Under the pieces are notes generated by a model that had not been told where the DNA came from, made no database searches, and saw nothing but the letters and a program-made list of their open reading frames with translations. From Patescibacteria group bacterium (GTDB lineage Bacteria; Patescibacteriota; Minisyncoccia; Moranbacterales; UBA2206): DNA of 64,000 nucleotides. The stretch is taken from positions 65,949 through 129,948 of the forward strand of contig JAKLIG010000002.1 of assembly GCA_022709735.1 (NCBI GenBank), written 5' to 3'. The translations under genes were made by a program, and so were the position numbers. Below, piece after piece: positions 28,642-37,458 of this stretch. Positions within the stretch are counted from its first letter, which is position 1. Every line of letters starts with the position of its first letter.

Positions 28642-28846
28642 CCCGTTAGAAATTTATTAGTTATGCCCGTTTTGTAATTTCTTAACGGGATTCATAGCTA
28701 AGTTATTTTAACACACAATTACTCTAGAGCGAAAAATTTGCCAAACTTCCAATTATATTGTAATGTTTATACATAATTATTTTATCTAGCCGGCACTGGT
28801 TTATCTGACGGGGGCTTCCCGCAACGAGTGCTTGGCCGAAAAAGCT

Positions 28847-29116
28847 ATGGCGCTAAACGCAAAGCAAAAGGCGAAAGCCACAAAAGATGTAGTAAGACAC
28901 GAGAAAGATACCGGCTCGCCGGAATATCAAATCGCACTCTTCACTGAGAAGATTAAAAAACTAACTTTGCATCTCAAAAAGAATGCCAAAGATTTTCACT
29001 CCCGTCGCGGACTTCTCAAAATGGTTTCCAAGAGAAAGAAACTAATGGATTATCTCAAAAAAACCAACGAAAAAGCCTATAAAACAGTGGTCAAGAAGTT
29101 GGATTTAAATGGGTAG
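28847..29116 (+). CDS. rpsO: 30S ribosomal protein S15
   Basis: [48 protein letters not shown] matches the S15 signature. Likely start at Met 28847. Confidence 0.9.
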   Translation: MALNAKQKAKATKDVVRHEKDTGSPEYQIALFTEKIKKLTLHLKKNAKDFHSRRGLLKMVSKRKKLMDYLKKTNEKAYKTVVKKLDLNG

Positions 29117-29242
29117 CTTTAAATTGACCTAATTATACTAATTGTCTAATTATTCTAAATAATTCTTAAATCCAATTTTGAATTTGGTTATTGATTCTTT
29201 ATTAGATTAATTAAATTAATTAGAATAATTAGAATAATTTTA

Positions 29243-29740
29243 ATGAGTATTTATAAAGAACAACGCATCGGAGTCTTGGTGGACATTCAAAACCTCTACT
29301 ACAGCGCAAAAGTTTTGCACAAAAAAAAGGTTAACTTCGGGCAGATTCTGAAAGAAGCGGTGGGGGACAGAAAGCTCATCCGCGCGATTGCTTATGGGAT
29401 AAAAACCCTAGAAGGCCAAGAAGAAAAATTTTTCGAAGCTTTGGAAAAAGTCGGTTATGAAGTCAAAACCAAAGATCTTCAGATTTTTCCCGGAGGCGCC
29501 AAAAAAGGCGATTGGGATGTAGGCATTGCGATGGACGCGATAAAGATGTCAAAAAGTTTGGATGTGATTGTGCTTGTTGCCGGCGACGGAGATTACATTC
29601 CGCTCGTAAATTATATTCAATCCACCACCGGTTGCCGAGTGGAAGGAATTGCTTTTTTGGAATCAACCAGCAAAAAACTTGTGGAAGAATTAGATGACTT
29701 TTTGAACTTAAGCGAGAATAAAAAGAAGTTTTTGATTTAA
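29243..29740 (+). CDS. NYN-domain (LabA-like) protein
   Basis: IGVLVDIQNLYYS...VLVAGDGDYIPLV matches the NYN/LabA fold motifs. Confidence 0.6.
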   Translation: MSIYKEQRIGVLVDIQNLYYSAKVLHKKKVNFGQILKEAVGDRKLIRAIAYGIKTLEGQEEKFFEALEKVGYEVKTKDLQIFPGGAKKGDWDVGIAMDAIKMSKSLDVIVLVAGDGDYIPLVNYIQSTTGCRVEGIAFLESTSKKLVEELDDFLNLSENKKKFLI

Positions 29741-30092
29741 AAACGCTTTGTCACTTTTCTTTTCCCAAAAGAAAAGTGACAGAAAAGAAAAAGGCCGCCC
29801 AAACTCATAGAAAGATAAATTTTCAACTTTTTCGCTAAAATTTATGTTCCGCTCCGCTCCATAATAAATTTTTTAACGCGAAAAAAGTCTAAATTTATAG
29901 CTTTCTATTTCGTAAGGGCGGGTTTTAATTTTTTGACAAAACCCCTAAATTAAGCTACAGTTTAGCTACTAAATAAGTAAATTAATAATAAAAAGCCTGC
30001 GACTTCTGCGTAAAAGGCACAATAGTGAACTTACAATCTTAAGTTTAGTATCGTGTTTTATGACGTCATTAGCGCAAGGCTAATCAAGAAAA

Positions 30093-32192
30093 ATGGAAGC
30101 AAAAAAATGGTCTCTCCAAATCGGAGGACGAATTTTGGAAATCGAAACCGGCCTCTTAGCTGGACAAGCTAGCGGAGCAGTAACCGCCCGTTATGGCGAC
30201 ACTGTCGTTCTCGCAACGGCTGTTATGAGCAAGTCCGCTTCAAAAATAAGCGGATATTTTCCGCTGATGGTGGATTTTGAAGAAAGATATTATGCCGCCG
30301 GAAAAATCAAAGGATCGAGATTTATTAAACGAGAAGGTCGTCCATCGGATGACGCTATTCTTTCCGGACGCGCAGTGGATCGAACAGTGCGCCCACTTTT
30401 CAATTCGAGGATGCGAAATGATGTGCAAGTAGTTTGCACAGTTTTGTCATACGACGGCGAAAATGATCCAGATATAATTTCCATCATCGCCGCTTCAACG
30501 GCTCTTTCTATTTCCAACATTCCTTGGAGAGGACCCGTCGCTGCAGTTCGAGTTGGAAAAGTTAAAGATGAATTAATTTTAAACCCAGTTAATGGAGAAA
30601 TTACTGATGGTTCGCTAGATCTTTTGGTTAGCGGCACAGAAGATAAAATCAATATGATTGAGTGCGCTTCAAAAGAAGTTCCAGAAGGAGAAATGCTTGA
30701 AGCGATCAAATTTGCGCAGGAAGCAATCAAAAAAATTGCTGGATTTATTTTGGAAATTCAAAAAGAAGCTGGCAAAGAAAAATCAGAACCAGCTCTAGTA
30801 AAAGGCACAGAGGAATTTGAAAATAAAATTAAGGAAATGCTTCTTAAGGAAAATTTAGCCCAAGCACTTTATGACAAAGATAAAAAAGTTATTGAAGAAA
30901 AAACTGGCGCTATTCAAGAAAAGATTTCAGTGTTTATTAAAGAAAATTATTCCGAGGATCAAGAAAAATTAAAAGAAGTCGCCAATATTATTTTTGAAGA
31001 AGTGTCCGATGAAATTGTGCATAAAAATGTTTTGGAGCGTGATATGCGACCGGACGGAAGAAAACTAGATGAAATTAGAAATATCGAATGCAAAGTTGGA
31101 ATTTTGCCAAGAACTCACGGCACTGGACTTTTCACTCGCGGAGAAACACAAGCGCTCACTGTCACAACTCTTGGTGCGCCTGGAGACGAGCAAATCATTG
31201 ACACTATGGAAGTTGATACGAAAAAAAGATACATTCATTATTACAATTTCCCGCCATTTTCCGTGGGCGAAGTGCGCCCAATGCGAGGACCGGGAAGACG
31301 AGAAGTTGGTCATGGAGCACTGGCTGAAAAAGCTTTAGTTCCAGTGCTGCCTTCAAAAGAAGAATTTCCCTATACAATTTTGCTTATGAGCGAAGTACTT
31401 TCTTCTAATGGTTCTTCTTCGATGGCTTCGACTTGTGGTTCCACTCTTTCTCTTATGGATGCCGGCGTACCAATCAAGCGCCCAGTCAGCGGAATTGCAA
31501 TGGGAATAATTGTGGGAGAAAATAATTTCAAAGTGCTAACTGACATTCAAGGACTCGAAGATCATTATGGCGATATGGATTTCAAAGCGGCTGGAACAGA
31601 CAAAGGAATCACGGCGCTTCAAATGGATGTAAAACTTGATGGCGTAACAATTCCAATGCTCGAAGCAGTTCTCGCTCAATCTCATGAAAATAGATTGGAA
31701 ATTTTGAAAAAAATTAATGATACAATTTCTGCTCCACGCGCCGAAATGTCGCAATATGCGCCGAGAATTATCGTTATGCATATCAATCCTGATAAGATTC
31801 GAAATGTCATCGGCACTGGAGGAAAAATCATCAACGAAATTATTGATGAAACAGGCGTAGAAATTGACATTGAAGATGACGGTTCAGTTTTTATTACTTC
31901 AACTGACAAACAATCCGCAGAGAAAGCGAAAGAATGGATAAATAATCTCACTCGTGAAGTCAAAGCCGGTGAAATTTTCCAAGCTAAAGTTGTGAAAATT
32001 ATGGCCTTTGGAGCTTTCGTTGAACTTCTCCCAGGACAAGATGGTCTAGTGCATGTCAGCGAAATTGCTGATCGAAGAATTGAAAAAGTGGAAGATGTGC
32101 TTCATATTGGCGATATGGTTTCGGTCAAAGTCAAAGAAATCGATTCGCAAGGAAGAATTAATCTCACTATGCGAGGATTGGAAAAGAAATAA
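30093..32192 (+). CDS. pnp: polyribonucleotide nucleotidyltransferase (PNPase)
   Basis: Two RNase PH-like domains, then a KH domain (IGTGGKIINEIIDETGVEIDI) and an S1 domain (GEIFQAKVVKIMAFGAFVEL). 699 aa. Confidence 0.95.
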   Translation: MEAKKWSLQIGGRILEIETGLLAGQASGAVTARYGDTVVLATAVMSKSASKISGYFPLMVDFEERYYAAGKIKGSRFIKREGRPSDDAILSGRAVDRTVRPLFNSRMRNDVQVVCTVLSYDGENDPDIISIIAASTALSISNIPWRGPVAAVRVGKVKDELILNPVNGEITDGSLDLLVSGTEDKINMIECASKEVPEGEMLEAIKFAQEAIKKIAGFILEIQKEAGKEKSEPALVKGTEEFENKIKEMLLKENLAQALYDKDKKVIEEKTGAIQEKISVFIKENYSEDQEKLKEVANIIFEEVSDEIVHKNVLERDMRPDGRKLDEIRNIECKVGILPRTHGTGLFTRGETQALTVTTLGAPGDEQIIDTMEVDTKKRYIHYYNFPPFSVGEVRPMRGPGRREVGHGALAEKALVPVLPSKEEFPYTILLMSEVLSSNGSSSMASTCGSTLSLMDAGVPIKRPVSGIAMGIIVGENNFKVLTDIQGLEDHYGDMDFKAAGTDKGITALQMDVKLDGVTIPMLEAVLAQSHENRLEILKKINDTISAPRAEMSQYAPRIIVMHINPDKIRNVIGTGGKIINEIIDETGVEIDIEDDGSVFITSTDKQSAEKAKEWINNLTREVKAGEIFQAKVVKIMAFGAFVELLPGQDGLVHVSEIADRRIEKVEDVLHIGDMVSVKVKEIDSQGRINLTMRGLEKK

Positions 32193-32210
32193 ATCTTTAT
32201 GGAATTTAAA

Positions 32211-32247
32211 AAAGCGGTTAATGATTTTTCATTAAACCGCTTTTTTG
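32211..32247 (+). terminator. rho-independent terminator after pnp
   Basis: aaagcggttaatgatttttcattaaaccgcttttttg. Confidence 0.6.
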
Positions 32248-32287
32248 ATTTCTGCCTCCTTTCTTAATAATTTTTTGTATTGTAATC

Positions 32288-32926
32288 TTAGAATTTGATT
32301 TCTACGCCCGTCATAAGAGACCGGTTTGCCAACTTGCTGTCCAAAAAAAAGAAGTTTGGCATTAGGAAAAAATTTACCGATTCATATTTGTAGCTCAGTC
32401 TGACTGGTCGGAGATACAGATTTTTGCTTCCACCAAGATAATTGTGATACCAGACTTCAGCGCCAAGATTGAAAGTTGGATTGGTGGTGCTAAAAAAGAA
32501 CCACATATCATTTTTTGCCGGAGTTTGCTGGTTGATTCCAAAATCCCGAACATAGTCAAAGATAACGAACAATTTCCAAACATTGCCTTTAAATCGAATG
32601 GCTGGTCCCAGGGTCTGATTTCCAAGCGAATCTTCAGAATACTTGGCACCAGCTTGCCAGCCAGAGAAAAAAGTTTTGAATATATATGGCTGTAGCTTAT
32701 TATATCCGTGATTGCCGGTACAAAATTTTGTTCCTATCGACAAATCTTTTATGCCATTGTTTTCAAAAACAGCATAGGTTCCTCCAAAATCTTCAGCGTT
32801 ACTTACTCTTTCCCCTTTTTCAAGACGGAGATAAAGGTAATTATCCACCGCTTGCACATTTTTTGTAATCAAAATGGTGCAAAAAAATACTGCCAACATA
32901 ATCTTGATAAGCTGATTTTTTTTCAT
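32288..32926 (-). CDS. secreted beta-rich protein with outer-membrane-beta-barrel-like C-terminus (…GVEIKF)
   Basis: N-terminal signal peptide (MKKNQLIKIMLAVFFCTILITKNVQA). Alternating hydrophobic beta-strand pattern. Ends in an aromatic residue, like OMP C-terminal strands. Confidence 0.35.
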   Translation of the reverse strand: MKKNQLIKIMLAVFFCTILITKNVQAVDNYLYLRLEKGERVSNAEDFGGTYAVFENNGIKDLSIGTKFCTGNHGYNKLQPYIFKTFFSGWQAGAKYSEDSLGNQTLGPAIRFKGNVWKLFVIFDYVRDFGINQQTPAKNDMWFFFSTTNPTFNLGAEVWYHNYLGGSKNLYLRPVRLSYKYESVNFFLMPNFFFLDSKLANRSLMTGVEIKF

Positions 32927-33116
32927 TTCATCTTCTCCTTTTTTAAATTTTTAAAATAAAAGTAATCCATTTCGCCACATATTAGGTTGTTAATGTTCAA
33001 CGGTATATGTTAGCTTAATTATTAATAATCGTCAAAATTGTTAACAAAACAATTGATTTGACTTATTTGTTGCTTTATATTAGCATTAATAATGTTGACA
33101 ATAATTTTGACAAAAT

Positions 33117-33875
33117 ATGAAAAATAATCTATTAGCCATACTTAAAGATATGGGATTAAGCGATCTTGAAGCCTCTGTTTACCTTGCGTCCCTCTCGCTG
33201 GGCCCAGCTTCTGTTTCAAAAATATCTAGAAATTCAGATGTAAAAAGAACCTCTGTTTATCCAATAATCAATTCTTTAAAGCAAAAAGGCCTTATGAATA
33301 TTGAGCTTAGAGGCTGGAAAAAGCTATACACTGCTGAAAGTCCAGAAAAATTGAAATTTATTATAGATGATAAGCTAAATAAATTAAAAAATGGCTTACC
33401 CGATTTTATGGCTATGTACAACCTAAGAGGAGGGGAAAGTTTTATTAAATATTATGAAGGAATTGCTGGCATAAAATCCGTCTATGAAAGTTTTTTAAGG
33501 GATATTCAACCACATGATGACTATTTAGTTATTTCTGATACTGAAGAATGGTTTAACCTTGATCCGGAATATTTTTCTAGCTTTTTAGAACGAAGAGCAA
33601 AATTCAATATTAATGTCAGGATGCTCTTGCAAGACAAAGAAAAGGCACGCGAACTTAAAAAGAAAGAGCAGGGACTTAATTTTAAAATTAAGCTTTTGCC
33701 TCCTGAAACTAAATTAACTACTAATATGGTCGTTATCCCTCAACGAATTCTCATACAGCAACTTACTCCTCCTATAATAGGAATTGTTATTGAAAATAAA
33801 AGTATAATACAAATGAATCAACAGCTTTTTGAAATAATGTGGAAATCAATCAAAGAAGAAAATAATATCGAGTAG
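33117..33875 (+). CDS. TrmB-family transcriptional regulator (paralogue of 9638..10417)
   Basis: N-terminal HTH LSDLEASVYLASLSLGPASVSKISRNSDVKRTSVYPIINSLKQKGLM. Confidence 0.5.
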   Translation: MKNNLLAILKDMGLSDLEASVYLASLSLGPASVSKISRNSDVKRTSVYPIINSLKQKGLMNIELRGWKKLYTAESPEKLKFIIDDKLNKLKNGLPDFMAMYNLRGGESFIKYYEGIAGIKSVYESFLRDIQPHDDYLVISDTEEWFNLDPEYFSSFLERRAKFNINVRMLLQDKEKARELKKKEQGLNFKIKLLPPETKLTTNMVVIPQRILIQQLTPPIIGIVIENKSIIQMNQQLFEIMWKSIKEENNIE

Positions 33876-33984
33876 CCAAATTTCCGAATCTGTTGTAAAA
33901 TATAAATGCAAATTAGATATCTTTAGTTATTCGAATCATTCGAGTGGCAATTTGAATTATTCGAGTCGCTTTATTAAAAACAAA

Positions 33985-35214
33985 ATGTTTGGACAAAAAA
34001 CTAATGGATCAAATGATCCGCAAAATAAAAATTTATCCACTGATGGAAAAATGAATTTCAACGAAGATAATTTCAAAGTGGAAGAATTTCCAATTCACAC
34101 TATGAAAAACGATTTGAAAGAATTGCAAAATCCAACCGAAAAAAAATCTATTCCCACAGATGATATCAGCATAGAAAAAAATTCTTTTTTTGGGAAAAAA
34201 CCGGAAACTGTTTCGCCAGAAAAAAATGGTCCATTTTTTCAAGCGGAAACTCCAAAACCCCAGGAAAAATCTGATTTTTCTGATATTAGAACTGCTCCAG
34301 CAAAAATCGAACCGGCCTATTCTCAAGAGCCTAAAGAATTACCGAGAGAAGAAACAAAAGAAGTGCCAAAAGAAACACCGGCTATTTTTCAAACTCCAAA
34401 GGAAAATATTCCTCCTGTTCAAAGTCATGGCATCGGAAAAGCAATTTTTGTTGCTGTTATAATTTTTATAATTTTGATTGTCTGTACTGGCGGGTATTAT
34501 TTTTGGATGACAAGAGTTTCCATTTCGCCAGAAGAAATTGCCCTTCCGGAAACAGTTGAACCGATCGTAGAAACAATCCCCGATGAAACAATCGCCTTAC
34601 CTGCTTTATCCGCCCAAAATTCAAATTATCTGCAAATTAATCTAACAGACGCTACTGCCGAAAGCCTCAAAACAACCTTGAATAGTTATACCGAAAAAGT
34701 TCTTGCGACCAAAACAATCGGCGCTTTTGAATTTTTAATAACTGACGAAAAAAATAATCCAATCACTTTCAAGGATTTCGCCGATAAATCAGGCCTGATT
34801 CTAGCGCCAGCAATTTTATCTAATCTAAATTCTGATTTTAGTCTTTATATCTATAATTATGGAGAAAACACGCGCTTTGGACTCTCTATATCCTCAAAAA
34901 ATGATACGCTTTTAAAAACTGCGCTCCTAAAAGAAGAAAAAAACCTTTTTAAGGGCTTATCTCCGCTATATCCAGCCTTAACTGCTAATCCGCTAAGCAC
35001 TTTTTCTACTACTGCCTATAAAAACAACGCCGTTCGTTATTTAAACATAACCACTCCGGATGATTATGCAGTTGATTATATTATTATTAACAAAAAACTG
35101 CTTATTGGCACAACCAAAACTGCCACATTTTCGATTTTAGACCGCATATTGGCACCAAAAAATGAGGATAGCCTTGAAAATAGCAATGAAAATACGACTC
35201 CTGTTATTCCTTAG
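33985..35214 (+). CDS. single-pass membrane-anchored protein with large extracytoplasmic domain
   Basis: The track ORF starts at 33952 inside a repeat element, so the Met at 33985 is the likelier start. One TM helix (AIFVAVIIFIILIVCTGGYYFWM). Confidence 0.45.
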   Translation: MFGQKTNGSNDPQNKNLSTDGKMNFNEDNFKVEEFPIHTMKNDLKELQNPTEKKSIPTDDISIEKNSFFGKKPETVSPEKNGPFFQAETPKPQEKSDFSDIRTAPAKIEPAYSQEPKELPREETKEVPKETPAIFQTPKENIPPVQSHGIGKAIFVAVIIFIILIVCTGGYYFWMTRVSISPEEIALPETVEPIVETIPDETIALPALSAQNSNYLQINLTDATAESLKTTLNSYTEKVLATKTIGAFEFLITDEKNNPITFKDFADKSGLILAPAILSNLNSDFSLYIYNYGENTRFGLSISSKNDTLLKTALLKEEKNLFKGLSPLYPALTANPLSTFSTTAYKNNAVRYLNITTPDDYAVDYIIINKKLLIGTTKTATFSILDRILAPKNEDSLENSNENTTPVIP

Positions 35215-35377
35215 GATTATCCATGCTGTGGATAACTTGTGAGAAAACACTCCTTATCCCCAAAAAAGAAAATTACTTTAAAATTCTTTTATTTTTTACA
35301 TTTACGCTGTAAACTGATTGAAAAATTGAAAAAATCTAATTTTTACGCTTAGATAAAAGATTTTTTAGTTTATTGCA

Positions 35378-35406
35378 TTGACTTTAGAGTATTTTCTTGC
35401 TATAAT
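35378..35406 (+). promoter_or_regulatory. near-consensus sigma70-type promoter (TTGACT-17 bp-TATAAT with TGn extended -10)
   Basis: ttgactttagagtattttcttgcTATAAT read directly. No protein-coding gene follows for ~640 bp. Confidence 0.55.
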
Positions 35407-35412
35407 AATAGT

Positions 35413-35940
35413 ATCAATTGAACATTAACAACTTATTCCCGACGGCGGAAAAGTTTTCAATCGCAATTTCCCCCTATTTGCGATTGAAAATTATTCTGCT
35501 GTCCAAGCATTCTTGCCAACGCGCAAGAGTCGCTCCGATCTTCTGACATCGGAGACCCAAAATAAAAACAAAAATTTTTTATTAAAATAAAAACAAAAAA
35601 TAAAAAACAAGTTCTTTAAATCCAAAGGCCAAGTGCCAGAGGATGGCAGGAGAAAAAGCATAAAAAAAGTCAGAAATGCTTAAGGCATGTACATAAAATA
35701 CACCCAAGCTATAATTTCCGAATGGTATATCCATTTGAGTGAATAATAATTTATTCTTCTTTCAAGTGGATATACCAAAGCCTCTCACCCGGGCTAGGGA
35801 ATTTCCGCTCTCGGTGTTAGTACATGACAAACACCGGGGCGTTCAGCCTATAATTTTTATTTATTGGGCGTCGAACGCCCTGGTTACCATACCATATGGA
35901 TATCGGGGTGAAGTTAGGTTATAAATTTTTGATTTTAAAG
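35413..35940 (+). ncRNA. candidate structured ncRNA(s) of unknown identity, transcribed from the strong promoter
   Basis: 840-bp ORF-free region (35215-36054). Stable hairpins at 35454-35487, 35505-35522 and 35530-35551, followed by an A/T run. A GC-rich segment at 35720-35920 carries long inverted repeats (tggtatatcca/tggatatacc; gggcgttc/gaacgccc). Confidence 0.3.
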
Positions 35941-35964
35941 GCACCAAAGAAAGGGTGTTTTTAT

Positions 35965-36031
35965 TTTTTACGAAATACGAAAAGGCTTTTTAAATGTTTC
36001 GTATTTCGTTCATTTCGTAGTTCGTAAATAG
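35965..36031. promoter_or_regulatory. third copy of the TTTCGTATTTCGTTCATTTCGTAGTTCGTAAAT upstream element, 5' of the YraN gene
   Basis: cgaaatacgaaa...tttcgtatttcgttcatttcgtagttcgtaaatag. Confidence 0.5.
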
Positions 36032-36054
36032 AAGAAGTCTGCTATAATTTAACT

Positions 36055-36438
36055 ATGGCTACTAATACTAAAAATTTAGGTAATCTCGGCGAGGAAGAAG
36101 CTGTAAAATATTTGAAAAATAATGGTTATGAAATTTTAGATCGAAATTTTCAAAATAATTTCGGGCGAAGACTCGGAGAAATTGATATTATTGCGCTTGA
36201 CCCCAAAGAAAAAGAAATTGTTTTTGTGGAAGTTAAGACCAGAGAATTTGAAAAATATAAAAATACTCTTCCTGAAGAAAATATCACTTATTCCAAGCTT
36301 AGAAAACTCAATAAAATCGCCAACGCTTATCTTCGACTTAAAAATCTGGAGGATGAGGCTTATCGTTTTGATGCTATTTCTGTTTGGCTAAGCGAGATAA
36401 CCGGAGAAGCAAAAATAAAGCATATCCAAAGCCTTTAA
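36055..36438 (+). CDS. YraN-family (UPF0102) endonuclease
   Basis: GEEEAVKYLKNNGYEILDRNFQ...GEIDIIALDPKEKEIVFVEVKTR. Confidence 0.7.
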   Translation: MATNTKNLGNLGEEEAVKYLKNNGYEILDRNFQNNFGRRLGEIDIIALDPKEKEIVFVEVKTREFEKYKNTLPEENITYSKLRKLNKIANAYLRLKNLEDEAYRFDAISVWLSEITGEAKIKHIQSL

Positions 36439-36521
36439 TAGACAATGAAGTTTTTCTCTGCTAGAATTGTATTATAATTAAGATAGAATTAACTATCGAT
36501 TTTAAATCTTAAGCTAAATTT

Positions 36522-36875
36522 ATGACTATTAATAAAGAAACATTAGATGAACTAAAATCAGCCCTTCTCAAAGAAAAAGAAGAATTGGAAAAAAATTTAG
36601 GACGAATTGCAAAACCTATCGACAAAAAAGAAGGCGACTATGAAACTTCTTTTGAAACACTTGGGACCGACAAGGATGACAATGCTACGGAAGTAGACCA
36701 ATATTCCCAAAATTTGTCCGTAGAAACATCTCTTGAAAAACAACTTCAAGAAATTATTGGCGCACTTTCTCGAATGGAAAAAGGCACTTATGGAAAATGC
36801 GAAAATTGCGGAAAAGATATTCCGTTGGAAAGACTAAAAGCCAATCCAAGCGCTAGAGTTTGTTTGGATTGCTAA
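36522..36875 (+). CDS. DksA/TraR-family C4 zinc-finger protein
   Basis: C-terminal CENCGKDIPLERLKANPSARVCLDC. Confidence 0.7.
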   Translation: MTINKETLDELKSALLKEKEELEKNLGRIAKPIDKKEGDYETSFETLGTDKDDNATEVDQYSQNLSVETSLEKQLQEIIGALSRMEKGTYGKCENCGKDIPLERLKANPSARVCLDC

Positions 36876-36891
36876 ACACAAGTAATCACGA

Positions 36892-37350
36892 ATGTATAAA
36901 TATAAAAAAATACTTTATATATTTTGTTTTTTATTTCTGATTTTTATTGACCAGTTATCAAAATATTTGATCCGCTTATACTACAGCGGATTTTATATTT
37001 GTAATCATAATTTGGCGTTTGGATTAAATTTGAAATGGGGGATTTTAATATTTATTTTTCTTTTTATTTTGATTGCTTTAAATTTTCAATTTAAAATTTT
37101 CAATTTAAAATTAATTTCAAATTTCAAATTTCAAATTTCAAATTGGAGCGTTTTAAATATATCCGGTATTATTTTGATTGCCTCTGGTGGCATTTCAAAC
37201 ATCATCGACCGCTTGCACTTTGGTTGCGTTATTGATTTTATCGATTTAAAATTTTGGCCTGTTTTTAATTTGGCTGATATCTACATTACGCTTGGTGTTA
37301 TACTTATATTAATCAGTTATTTCAAGAGTAAAGAAAAAAATAATTTTTAA
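36892..37350 (+). CDS. lspA: lipoprotein signal peptidase II, with an in-frame heptamer tandem repeat
   Basis: Conserved NIIDRLHFGCVIDFIDL...FNLADIYITLG C-terminal blocks. The internal LNFQFKIFNLKLISNFKFQISNW segment is encoded by (AATTTCA)n. Confidence 0.8.
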   Translation: MYKYKKILYIFCFLFLIFIDQLSKYLIRLYYSGFYICNHNLAFGLNLKWGILIFIFLFILIALNFQFKIFNLKLISNFKFQISNWSVLNISGIILIASGGISNIIDRLHFGCVIDFIDLKFWPVFNLADIYITLGVILILISYFKSKEKNNF

Positions 37351-37458
37351 TTTTTGAAATTTTTAATTTTATAAATAAATCTTAATGTCTTAATTTTTAA
37401 ACATTAGAAATTAGATATTATTTAAAAATTATAAAATTAAAAACTAAAAATTTTCAAA
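37347..37458. repeat. AT-rich ~110-nt intergenic repeat (copy 2 of 2)
   Basis: See 21775-21890. Confidence 0.7.

Noticed and set aside
35821-35900. tmRNA-like T-arm (GGGCGTCGAACGCCC / its complement GGGCGTTCGACGCCC) in the gene-free region.
   Set aside because: No adjoining acceptor stem plus CCA, no tag-peptide reading frame, and no 5' GGGG pairing partner could be found by eye. Left as an unidentified ncRNA candidate.
35739-35924. 61-aa ORF inside the GC-rich part of the gene-free region.
   Set aside because: The region is dense in inverted repeats and follows a strong promoter with no SD. Better explained as structured RNA.
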